Under the pieces are notes generated by a model that did not search any database, was not told the DNA's origin, and saw nothing but the letters and a program-made list of their open reading frames with translations. The position numbers and the translations under genes are program-made. Shown here one piece after another: positions 56,544 through 64,000 of a stretch of 64,000 nt of DNA. Source of the stretch: Collinsella aerofaciens (GTDB lineage Bacteria; Actinomycetota; Coriobacteriia; Coriobacteriales; Coriobacteriaceae); contig DBEWII010000100.1 of the NCBI GenBank assembly GCA_048384935.1, positions 858-64,857 on the forward strand, given 5' to 3'. The first letter of the stretch is position 1, and every line of letters starts with the position of its first letter.

Positions 56544-56627
56544 CTATTTCATTCGGCCGATAAACAGACCGAGTTCGATAGCCGCAATCAACAACGCCAA
56601 TAACGAAATAACATCGCTTACGTTCAT
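56544..56627 (-). CDS. 27-aa hydrophobic peptide, holin-like / type I toxin-like candidate (not in the ORF track)
   Basis: My hand translation is MNVSDVISLLALLIAAIELGLFIGRMK. RBS GAAGGGA lies 6 nt upstream, and that RBS can pair with an adjacent TCCCTT (hairpin at 56634-56648). Confidence 0.4.
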   Translation of the reverse strand: MNVSDVISLLALLIAAIELGLFIGRMK

Positions 56628-56689
56628 ACCAAATCCCTTCTAAAGGGAGTTGGCCCATCCGTGCTCCATAACAGTAGTCTAACGCAAAA

Positions 56690-56723
56690 TGCAGGTAATA
56701 GGAACACTTGTTCGTATTACCTG
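56690..56723 (-). terminator. terminator hairpin after the aldehyde dehydrogenase gene
   Basis: GCAGGTAATA / TATTACCTGC 10-bp stem with a 14-nt loop, followed on the minus strand by ATTTTG. Confidence 0.55.
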
Positions 56724-56732
56724 CGCCCTTTT

Positions 56733-58112
56733 CTAATGCACAAACATGCGCACGAATTTGTGCTTCCAGCTTGCGTAGGGCGCATACCGAAACGGCACGT
56801 CCAGCCAGGTTGCCTTGTTCACGATGCTCTTCTTGTGGCTAAACGTATCGAAGCTCTCGCGGCCATGGTACTGCCCCATACCGCTCGCGCCCATGCCGCC
56901 AAAGCCCATATGGCTCGTAGCCAAGTGCATGATGGTGTCGTTGACGCAGCCGCCGCCAAAGGGCACGTAGCGCACAAAGCGTTGCTGAACCGCACGATCC
57001 TGGCTAAAGATATACAGGGCCAGCGGCGTCGGACGATCCGTAATAAACGCTTCGGCCTCGTCTAGGCTCTCAAACGTCAGCACCGGCAAGATGGGACCGA
57101 AGATCTCCTCCTGCATCACGGCGTCAGCGGGGGCCACGCCGTCCAAAATTGTCGGCTCAATCTTGAACGAAGCCTCGCGCGCGGCACCTCCAAGCACGAC
57201 CTTATCGGGATCGATCAGCCCGCGCGCACGCGCAAAATGCTTGGCGTTGACGATATGTCCGTAATCCTCATTGTCGAGTGGATGTTCGCCAAACATGCGA
57301 CGGACCTCCTCCTTGATGAGGCCCAGCAGCTCGTCGTGCACGCGCGTATCGACCAGCAGGTAGTCGGGCGCCACGCAGGTCTGCCCCACGTTGAGCCATT
57401 TACCAAAGGCGATGCGCCGTGCCGCGACCTTCAAGTTTGCCGTCGCATCCACGATGCAGGGACTCTTTCCGCCCAGCTCAAGCGTCACGGGCGTAAGGTT
57501 TTTACTTGCGCGCTCCATGACGAGCTTGCCAACCGGAACGCTACCGGTAAAGAAGATCTTGTCCCAGTGCTCATCGAGCAGCGCTTCGTTCTCGGCGCGC
57601 CCGCCCTCGACAACCGTCACCAGGCGCGGATCAAATGCCTCTTCACAGATTTGCCTGAGCACCGCGCTCGATGCCGGAGCATAGGCGCTCGGCTTGATGA
57701 CCACGGTATTGCCCGCGGCAAGGGCGCCAGCGAGCGGCTCGAGCGTCAGCAAAAACGGATAGTTCCAGGGCGCCATGATGAGCGTGACGCCATAGGGCAC
57801 GGTTTGCGTTTTGCACACGCTCACGGCGTTAGCGAGGTCGCACGGACGCAGGCGCGGACGACTCCATCGGGCCACATGCGCAATCTGATGTCGAATCTCG
57901 GAAAGCGATGTGCCAATCTCGCACATATAGGCCTCGTCATGCGACTTTCCCAAATCGGTCTTGAGCGCATGAGCGATATCGGCCTCGTGGGCCCGCACCG
58001 CATCGCGTAAACTCACGAGCGCGCGACGTCGAGCATCGACATCAAACGTGGCGTGCGTCTTAAAGTAGGCGCGCTGATCGCCGACGATGCGCGCAATTTC
58101 CTCGGTGTTCAT
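56733..58112 (-). CDS. NAD(P)-dependent aldehyde dehydrogenase (class 3-like)
   Basis: 459 aa with the catalytic Glu block LELGGKSP, the catalytic Cys block GQTCVAPDY, and FTGS cofactor motifs. Confidence 0.9.
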   Translation of the reverse strand: MNTEEIARIVGDQRAYFKTHATFDVDARRRALVSLRDAVRAHEADIAHALKTDLGKSHDEAYMCEIGTSLSEIRHQIAHVARWSRPRLRPCDLANAVSVCKTQTVPYGVTLIMAPWNYPFLLTLEPLAGALAAGNTVVIKPSAYAPASSAVLRQICEEAFDPRLVTVVEGGRAENEALLDEHWDKIFFTGSVPVGKLVMERASKNLTPVTLELGGKSPCIVDATANLKVAARRIAFGKWLNVGQTCVAPDYLLVDTRVHDELLGLIKEEVRRMFGEHPLDNEDYGHIVNAKHFARARGLIDPDKVVLGGAAREASFKIEPTILDGVAPADAVMQEEIFGPILPVLTFESLDEAEAFITDRPTPLALYIFSQDRAVQQRFVRYVPFGGGCVNDTIMHLATSHMGFGGMGASGMGQYHGRESFDTFSHKKSIVNKATWLDVPFRYAPYASWKHKFVRMFVH

Positions 58113-58121
58113 GGCACCCTC

Positions 58122-59342
58122 CTAGTTCTCGTCCTCAAACATACCACCCGCGACGACCTCGTACATATGCTCGAGCTCCGAGCGGTCCATCAAAAGTGGA
58201 ACGGGGTACAGGGGATTGGCCTCGGCATCGGCATGGGCCGCCATTTGCGGAATATCGGAGCGGCGAATACCCGAGACATATTTGGGGATTCCCAGGGCCT
58301 CGTTCATGCGGTCGACCCAATCGATAAAGGCCTCGGCCGCAAGACTGTCCTGCGCGGTAGCCGGCGCAATGCCCGCCATGCGAGCAAGATCGGCAAGCTT
58401 GGGGGCGGCGGCGTCACCATAAGCGCGAAGCATGTGCGGCAGGATGATCGCGTTGGCCAAACCGTGCGGAATTCCGTATCGGCCGCCTAGACTGTGCGCG
58501 ATGGCATGAACGTATCCAACATAGGAGCGCGTAAAGGCAACTCCCGCCTTATACGCCGCCGAAAGCATATTGCGACGCGCACGCATGTCGTCGCCATGCT
58601 CATAGGCCTCGAGCAAATTGTCGTGGATGAGCTGCACCGCCTGTCGCGCCATCTTGCGCGTATAGGGCGTGGTGCTTCGCCCGATAAAGGCCTCGACGGC
58701 ATGCGTCAGGGCATCCATACCCGTCTGCCCCGTAATGGAGGCGGGCAGACCGCGCGTAAACTCGGGGTCGTGCACCGCAAAGCGCGGAATAAGCACAAAG
58801 TCGTTAATGGGGTACTTGTAGTGCGTCTCGTCATCGGTAATTACCGCCGCAAGTGTGACCTCGCTTCCCGTGCCTGCCGTGGTGGGGACGGCGATGAGCA
58901 GCGGCAGGCGACGATGAATCCGCAGCAGGCCGCGCATCTTGTTGATGGGCTTGTTTGGCTGCGCAATGCGTGCGCCTACGCCCTTGGCGCAGTCCATGGC
59001 TGATCCTCCGCCAAAGCCGATAATGGCCTGGCAGGCGCTCTCTCGATACAGGGACGCCGCCTCCTCCACATTCGAGACCGTGGGATTCGCACGCGTTTCG
59101 GCATAGACCGTAACGCCAATCCCCTGAGCCGTAAGCGCACGCTCGAGTGATGCCGTGAGTCCCAAACGTGCAATGCCGGGATCCGTCACGATAAGGACCT
59201 TCTGGATCGAGCGCTTTTGAAGCACCGCGGGCACATCCTCGGCATGCTCTAAAATGTGCGGCTCGGTATAGGGCAGGATCGGCAATGCAATGCGAAAAAC
59301 CGTCTGATATGTTCGGCACCAGGCACGACGGGCTAGATGCAT
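58122..59342 (-). CDS. iron-containing (group III) alcohol dehydrogenase
   Basis: GGGSAMDCAKG and the metal-binding histidines HAIAHSLGGRYGIPHG. Sits 9 nt upstream of the ALDH gene. Confidence 0.9.
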   Translation of the reverse strand: MHLARRAWCRTYQTVFRIALPILPYTEPHILEHAEDVPAVLQKRSIQKVLIVTDPGIARLGLTASLERALTAQGIGVTVYAETRANPTVSNVEEAASLYRESACQAIIGFGGGSAMDCAKGVGARIAQPNKPINKMRGLLRIHRRLPLLIAVPTTAGTGSEVTLAAVITDDETHYKYPINDFVLIPRFAVHDPEFTRGLPASITGQTGMDALTHAVEAFIGRSTTPYTRKMARQAVQLIHDNLLEAYEHGDDMRARRNMLSAAYKAGVAFTRSYVGYVHAIAHSLGGRYGIPHGLANAIILPHMLRAYGDAAAPKLADLARMAGIAPATAQDSLAAEAFIDWVDRMNEALGIPKYVSGIRRSDIPQMAAHADAEANPLYPVPLLMDRSELEHMYEVVAGGMFEDEN

Positions 59343-59598
59343 AAAGGAAACTCCCTCATTTGTTGATTGGTCAACATTTGCTCGACCGATTGTACTCAGC
59401 GACGGTCAAAGACGGCCTGCCAATCGTTAATCAATCAACATCTTCATATCTCAAAAGTGTTTTATTAAAAATCATTCCTAATAGGCTTCACATTTGGTTG
59501 CATTTATGGATAATAGAACTCGTCAAGACGCACGTCCGGAGAGGGCCCTTACGGGACCGGACGAGCGCACAATCGCCATCGATCGAAAGGATCGAATC

Positions 59599-60159
59599 AT
59601 GAAGTTTGTTTGCCCCGTTTGCGGTTATGTGGAAGAGTTCGACGGCGACCAGCTGCCCGAGGACTTCAAGTGCCCCCAGTGCGGCGTTCCCGGTTCTCGC
59701 TTCCTGAAGCAGGAGGAGGGTCAGCTCGAGTGGGCTGCCGAGCACGTCGTGGGCGTCGCCAAGATGGAGGGCGTCTCCGAGGACATCGTTGCCGACCTGC
59801 GCGCCAACTTTGAGGGCGAGTGCTCCGAGGTCGGTATGTACCTGGCCATGGCGCGCGTCGCTCATCGCGAGGGCTATCCCGAGATCGGCCTGTACTGGGA
59901 GAAGGCTGCCCACGAGGAGGCCGAGCACGCTGCCAAGTTCGCTGAGCTCCTGGGCGAGGTCGTGACCGACTCCACCAAGAAGAACCTCGAGATGCGCGTT
60001 GAGGCCGAGAACGGCGCCACCGCCGGCAAGACCGATCTTGCCAAGCGTGCCAAGGCCGCTGGTCTCGATGCCATCCACGACACCGTGCACGAAATGGCTC
60101 GCGACGAGGCCCGCCACGGCAAGGCTTTCGCCGGCCTGCTCAAGCGCTACTTTGGCTAA
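59599..60159 (+). CDS. reverse rubrerythrin (N-terminal rubredoxin-like domain + ferritin-like diiron domain)
   Basis: CPVCGY...CPQCG at the N-terminus, then diiron E..E..H ligand pairs ([33 protein letters not shown]). Start at MKFVCPVCG (ATG 59599). Confidence 0.85.
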   Translation: MKFVCPVCGYVEEFDGDQLPEDFKCPQCGVPGSRFLKQEEGQLEWAAEHVVGVAKMEGVSEDIVADLRANFEGECSEVGMYLAMARVAHREGYPEIGLYWEKAAHEEAEHAAKFAELLGEVVTDSTKKNLEMRVEAENGATAGKTDLAKRAKAAGLDAIHDTVHEMARDEARHGKAFAGLLKRYFG

Positions 60160-60192
60160 GCCAACCGCCTGAGAGACATTCTCTAGCTCGAT

Positions 60193-60224
60193 AAGGCCCG
60201 AACCGCATGGTTCGGGCCTTTTTC
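60193..60224 (+). terminator. intrinsic terminator after the rubrerythrin gene
   Basis: AAGGCCCGAACC / GGTTCGGGCCTT 12-bp stem with a 4-nt loop, then TTTCG. Confidence 0.8.
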
Positions 60225-60289
60225 GTGCCTCACGAACTTGTTAACTACCTGAAATAGGGCCGCCTTCGGCATCGGCTTCTCGTCAAAAA

Positions 60290-60412
60290 CTAAGTGAGTA
60301 GACTTTTTGGAACTTGCCGAGCACGCCATCCATATTGCTTTATAAAGCCGCAGGTAAATGACTTGTTGCAAAACGGCTTGGTCGCCAAAGTGCCAAAAGT
60401 CTACTCACTTAG
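60290..60412. repeat. 123-bp palindromic MITE-like element, copy 2
   Basis: Same termini as copy 1 (CTAAGTGAGTAGACTTTTT ... AAAAGTCTACTCACTTAG) and the internal box AGCCGCAGGTAAA. Its right end supplies the last codons and the TAG stop of the 60401-61534 ORF. Confidence 0.75.
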
Positions 60413-61534
60413 AACCGCAGACGTCCACGATCGAGCCATTTTGTGTCTAGCGGGCATCTTTCCGTCGATTACTCCCAATTTTGTCCAGTCAATGAATAGT
60501 TCAGACCGGAGTAATGCCTCAGCCCTTTGCTCATCCGAGCTTTTATCACGATATTCAGCATCGAGCATCCTGCATACGGCCTTAACGATCGCGCGGAATC
60601 TATCCTCATCCGATATCTGTCTGTGTGTAAGGAGAAGCACATCGTAGCCCATGGCCTGAAGGGCCGTCATGCGGTCAGCGTCACGCAAGCCATCCCCTGC
60701 GCGTCCGTGCGAGGCCTTTCCCTGACATTCAATGGCCACCTGTCGCCTACCGTCCGGCGAAGAAAGAAGTAGGTCGATATATACACGGGACTTTCCCACA
60801 ATCGCTCGAGCACTTGTGCTTAACGTCACTTCGACATTGAGCTCTATGCCGCAAAACCCTTCGCCTCCCAGGGCTCGCGGCAGTCCAAGCAACAAATACG
60901 CCTCGACCTCAAAAGGCGACGCGGCACCCAATGGAACGAGTTGCGATACCGCCATAAATCTATTGCCGTAACGCATCCCGCAAACATCTGAACAAAAACG
61001 GTCAAGGTCTCCGCCCAAAACCAAAGCGTCTCGACGCCATAAATTTGAGGCGGTGCCGTCCTCGGACGGGCAGCGCACCCAACCGAACGTTGTCGAAATC
61101 GCGCCCGAATCAATTGCACACGAAAGCTCCGCCTCAAGTGCCGCTGGCAGAGCGCACACCGCAAACAAGCCACACATCTCCGCCAATACCAAAAGAAGCT
61201 GGAGATCCGTCAGGTGCCGCGACATGATGAATGCCGTCAGTAGAGGAGACGTAATCAAAAACCCATGCTCCGTTTCCAGCACGGATTCCCTGGGAAGCTC
61301 ACCAAGAAACAGCCGCTGCCTAATGCTGGCTGGACAAGTCCGTTTGTTTCTCGTCCGAACCAATGTATACAACGGAAAACCGAGCGCGACCGCAGCCGTC
61401 GGGTTGCGGGCGAGATCATATCGCTGCCGGTCTTCTTCCGGTCGTGGAAGCGGCGGACACAAAGCGCGGACTTGAGGAGGCAAACGCCAGTACCTAAAAG
61501 CCGATATGTCACAAAGTAGATCCTTCATAGGCAC
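60401..61534 (-). CDS. hypothetical protein with C-terminal DUF559/Vsr-like (PD-(D/E)xK-type) region
   Basis: 377 aa. The C-terminal pattern VYIDLLL...QVAIECQGKASHG....DADRMTALQAMGYDVLLLTHRQI resembles DUF559-type endonuclease folds. GC is visibly lower than the flanks. Bracketed by repeat copies 2 and 3. Confidence 0.55.
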   Translation of the reverse strand: MPMKDLLCDISAFRYWRLPPQVRALCPPLPRPEEDRQRYDLARNPTAAVALGFPLYTLVRTRNKRTCPASIRQRLFLGELPRESVLETEHGFLITSPLLTAFIMSRHLTDLQLLLVLAEMCGLFAVCALPAALEAELSCAIDSGAISTTFGWVRCPSEDGTASNLWRRDALVLGGDLDRFCSDVCGMRYGNRFMAVSQLVPLGAASPFEVEAYLLLGLPRALGGEGFCGIELNVEVTLSTSARAIVGKSRVYIDLLLSSPDGRRQVAIECQGKASHGRAGDGLRDADRMTALQAMGYDVLLLTHRQISDEDRFRAIVKAVCRMLDAEYRDKSSDEQRAEALLRSELFIDWTKLGVIDGKMPARHKMARSWTSAVLSE

Positions 61535-61710
61535 AGGAAAACACGAATTTCAACCCAGTCAGTCACGCATTGGCGCGAACGCACCAAAAATGGCGCCGAA
61601 CGGACTGCCAAGTTTTCAACAGCCCTCCCCAACTGGCCAAAAGTTTGCCAAGAGCTGGACGAAACCCTGTTGAAAACCTCATTTTTTCTCATGTAGAAGC
61701 TTTGCGCGGC

Positions 61711-61832
61711 AAGTGAGTAGACTTTTTTTGAACATCCCGAGCAGGCCGGTCATCCTGCTTTTCAAAACCGCAGGTAGATAGCTTGTTACAAAACTGCCTA
61801 GTCGCCAAAGTGCTAAAAGTCTACTCACTTAG
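61711..61832. repeat. 122-bp palindromic MITE-like element, copy 3
   Basis: AAGTGAGTAGACTTTTTTTGAAC ... GTGCTAAAAGTCTACTCACTTAG with the internal box AAAACCGCAGGTAGA. Same orientation as copy 2. Its right end supplies the last codon and the TGA stop of pdxR. Confidence 0.75.
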
Positions 61833-63261
61833 GCTGCAGGGTGCCCCCCATTAGCTGCAATTCCAAGGTTGTTAGTACTTTTGGACTCAGATCGTCATAC
61901 TGAACAAGAATTTGAGTTGAGTTTTCAGGGACAGATGCGCCATCGGCACACCAAAAACAGTCACCGATATCGATAAAAGGGATGATCGAGCGCGTGAGGG
62001 CCCGTGCAAAAGTGCTTCTGCCCGTTCCACGCTCCGCAACCACGATACAGTAAAGGCCCGCGTCTGCATGCTCGATCGAGACCTCTCCTGCCGGAAATAC
62101 CTTCCGCACAAGCGCCATCAGGCCATCACGCGCCTCGCGAGCACGAACGCGCACGCGGTTCACATGTCGCTCGTAATCACCCGATTCCAGCAAACGCGCC
62201 AAAGCGACCTGATCAACAGAGCTCACCGACGAGGCGTAGAAACCAAGGTTGCGCCTAAACCGCTCCATTAACTCATCGGGCAACACCATGTACGCCAAAC
62301 GCAACGCCGATGAAAGGCTCTTCGAAAACGTGTTGGTGTAGATAACCGACTGGGCGGCATCGATCGACGCGAGCGCGGGAATCGGCTTCCCGGCAAGGCG
62401 AAACTCACAATCAAAGTCATCTTCGATGAGATACCGACCTGGTCGCTCGGCGGCCCAGCTCAGAAGCGCATAGCGCCGCGCAATGCTCGTCACAAGACCG
62501 GTCGGATACTGATGGGACGGCATCAGATGAAGTACATCGGTCCCGGTTTTCTGCAGAGCGCTCAAGTCCACGCCCTCATCATCCAACGGGATATGTCGAA
62601 CTTTGCAGCCCATAGCCTGATAGATGCGCGTCAGACGCAAATAGCCCGGGTCCTCAACGGCATACACCTTGTCGGCTCCAAGCAACTGAACCAACATGGT
62701 ATCGAGCAGCTGGGCGCCTGCACCGATAACAATGTTGTTGGGGTCGACATTCATGCCCCTTGTCCCACGCAGATGGTGAGCAATTGCGCATCGTAGCCGA
62801 ACGGTGCCCTGTGCCGGTGCGGGCGAAAAGATCTCGCGCTCGTCTTCGGATGTCAGCGTCGCCCGCAGTGCGCTTTGCCAAAGCCGCGCCGCCTCCAAAG
62901 CGGAAGGAGAAAGTGCATCGAACAGCTCAACCTGTCCGTTGACATCATGCGCGCTGGGACCAGCAGAGGCGGCATCTCGGTCGATGCCCTCCGCAGCCGA
63001 AGCCAAAACCGGTGCATCCGGAAGCTCGCAAGCGTAGTAGCCACGACGCGGCATTGAGCAAATATAGCCCTCGGCAAGTAACTGGCTATATGCATTCTCG
63101 ATGGTAATGACACTGATTCCCAGATGACTGGCAAAGGCGCGCTTAGACGGAAGATGCTCCCCCGCCGCAATACGTCCAGCAACAATATCATCTCGAATTT
63201 GCTGGTAAACATACTCATAAAGCGATGCCTCGCCACGTTTTTCCAAATTGTAGTCAAGCAT
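61825..63261 (-). CDS. pdxR: MocR-subfamily GntR regulator with aminotransferase-like domain (PdxR-type)
   Basis: N-terminal wHTH (LPSKRAFASHLGISVITIENAYSQLLAEGYI) and a fold-type I PLP domain with the lysine block YTNTFSKSLSSALRLAY. Divergent from pdxS. Start at MLDYNLEK (ATG 63259-63261 rc, AGGTGG upstream). Confidence 0.85.
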   Translation of the reverse strand: MLDYNLEKRGEASLYEYVYQQIRDDIVAGRIAAGEHLPSKRAFASHLGISVITIENAYSQLLAEGYICSMPRRGYYACELPDAPVLASAAEGIDRDAASAGPSAHDVNGQVELFDALSPSALEAARLWQSALRATLTSEDEREIFSPAPAQGTVRLRCAIAHHLRGTRGMNVDPNNIVIGAGAQLLDTMLVQLLGADKVYAVEDPGYLRLTRIYQAMGCKVRHIPLDDEGVDLSALQKTGTDVLHLMPSHQYPTGLVTSIARRYALLSWAAERPGRYLIEDDFDCEFRLAGKPIPALASIDAAQSVIYTNTFSKSLSSALRLAYMVLPDELMERFRRNLGFYASSVSSVDQVALARLLESGDYERHVNRVRVRAREARDGLMALVRKVFPAGEVSIEHADAGLYCIVVAERGTGRSTFARALTRSIIPFIDIGDCFWCADGASVPENSTQILVQYDDLSPKVLTTLELQLMGGTLQPK

Positions 63262-63272
63262 GAGTTTGCCAC

Positions 63273-63316
63273 CTGACCTTATCGAGCTGTTCAATCTGGT
63301 ATTAAGCTGACCTTAT
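63273..63316. promoter_or_regulatory. direct repeat CTGACCTTAT x2, candidate PdxR operator
   Basis: CTGACCTTAT occurs at 63273-63282 and 63307-63316, 34 bp start to start, in the pdxR/pdxS divergent intergenic region. The first copy overlaps the pdxR RBS. Confidence 0.4.
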
Positions 63317-63406
63317 TATTATCTCGAAAACTGAGTATTTTGCCATACCCAGCTCCCCGATAGGATGTTCCGGCAAGCAATGCACATGCCAACCAAGGGA
63401 GCAACC

Positions 63407-64000
63407 ATGGCAGAACAGACCAGCAAGGCCGATCGCGTCAAACTCAATCGCGAGCTCGCGCAGATGCTCAAGGGTGGCGTCATCATGGACGTCACCACGC
63501 CCGAGCAGGCACGCATCGCCGAGGAGGCGGGCGCCTGCGCCGTCATGGCACTCGAGCGCATCCCGGCCGACATCCGCGCCGCAGGCGGCGTCTCGCGCAT
63601 GAGCGACCCCAAGATGATCAAGGGCATCCAAGAGGCCGTCTCCATCCCCGTCATGGCCAAGTGCCGCATCGGTCACATTGTCGAGGCGCAGGTCCTGCAG
63701 GCCATCGAGATCGATTACATCGACGAGTCCGAGGTTCTCTCCCCCGCCGATGACGTCTATCACATCGACAAGACCCAGTTTGACGTGCCGTTTGTCTGCG
63801 GCGCCCGCGATTTGGGCGAGGCGTTGCGCCGTGTTGCCGAGGGCGCCACTATGATTCGCACCAAGGGTGAGCCGGGTACGGGCGACGTCGTTCAGGCCGT
63901 GCGTCACATGCGCAAGATCCAAAAGCAGATCCGCGACGTTGTTGCCCTGCGCGACGACGAGCTCTTTGAGGCAGCCAAGCAACTGCAGGTTCCGGTCGAG
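63407..64000 (+). CDS. pdxS: pyridoxal 5'-phosphate synthase lyase subunit (partial, runs off the window)
   Basis: Reads [68 protein letters not shown]...[16 protein letters not shown], which is a near-canonical PdxS sequence. AAGGGAG RBS. No stop before the window end. Confidence 0.92.
   Translation, partial: MAEQTSKADRVKLNRELAQMLKGGVIMDVTTPEQARIAEEAGACAVMALERIPADIRAAGGVSRMSDPKMIKGIQEAVSIPVMAKCRIGHIVEAQVLQAIEIDYIDESEVLSPADDVYHIDKTQFDVPFVCGARDLGEALRRVAEGATMIRTKGEPGTGDVVQAVRHMRKIQKQIRDVVALRDDELFEAAKQLQVPVE

Noticed and set aside
1-64000. Searched by eye for a prophage, integrative element, IS/transposase, integrase, tRNA/tmRNA attachment sites, rRNA and cas genes.
   Set aside because: None found. 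The accessory patches therefore lack classical mobility genes within this window. Only the MITE-like repeats hint at mobility.

Overview
GC-rich (about 60% or more by eye), gene-dense bacterial chromosome segment. Gene content and codon style suggest an anaerobic Actinobacterium of the Coriobacteriia type, but this is a guess. I support about 55 protein genes. I found no rRNA, tRNA, CRISPR array, integrase or transposase.

Backbone genes, in order:
- recJ/recQ-fusion, relA and an MBL hydrolase in one operon
- a BASS permease
- cutC plus a GalT-like gene
- a complete livFGMH ABC importer with two tandem binding-protein paralogs
- hom, an SDR, a cation/proton antiporter, single-chain purL, a DMT exporter, a GGDEF cyclase, kdgT, azlCD
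- an FAD-oxidase/EtfB/EtfA (Lct-like) operon
- an Elp3-containing operon, two methyltransferases including trmB, and a Ski2-like helicase
- an ALDH/Fe-ADH pair, reverse rubrerythrin, and divergent pdxR-pdxS

Three accessory patches interrupt this backbone:
1. 33.8-43.6 kb. A cluster of four exported or anchored surface proteins, including a roughly 30-aa LAQTG-sorted mini-protein, is followed by a three-gene cassette. The cassette is a TerB-N/TerB-C protein, a BrxD-type P-loop ATPase and an Lhr/BrxHI-type helicase. This is the Shango anti-phage architecture, whose mechanism is unknown, and it is the most interesting system in the window.
2. 53.2-56.7 kb. DUF2130, a metallophosphoesterase, a 59-aa acidic/basic mini-ORF, a stand-alone HIRAN protein, and a 27-aa hydrophobic peptide that looks like a type I toxin.
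3. 60.3-61.8 kb. A lower-GC gene with a DUF559/Vsr-like domain, bracketed by two direct copies of a 123-bp palindromic MITE-like element. A third copy lies at 50.3 kb.

Other structure seen directly in the sequence:
- a degenerate 3 x 62-bp tandem repeat abutting the antiporter stop codon
- an in-frame TGA splitting azlC
- a 20-bp-arm inverted repeat upstream of cutC
- a direct-repeat candidate operator in the pdxR/pdxS intergenic region

All functional calls come from motif and family recognition by eye. No database search was run.
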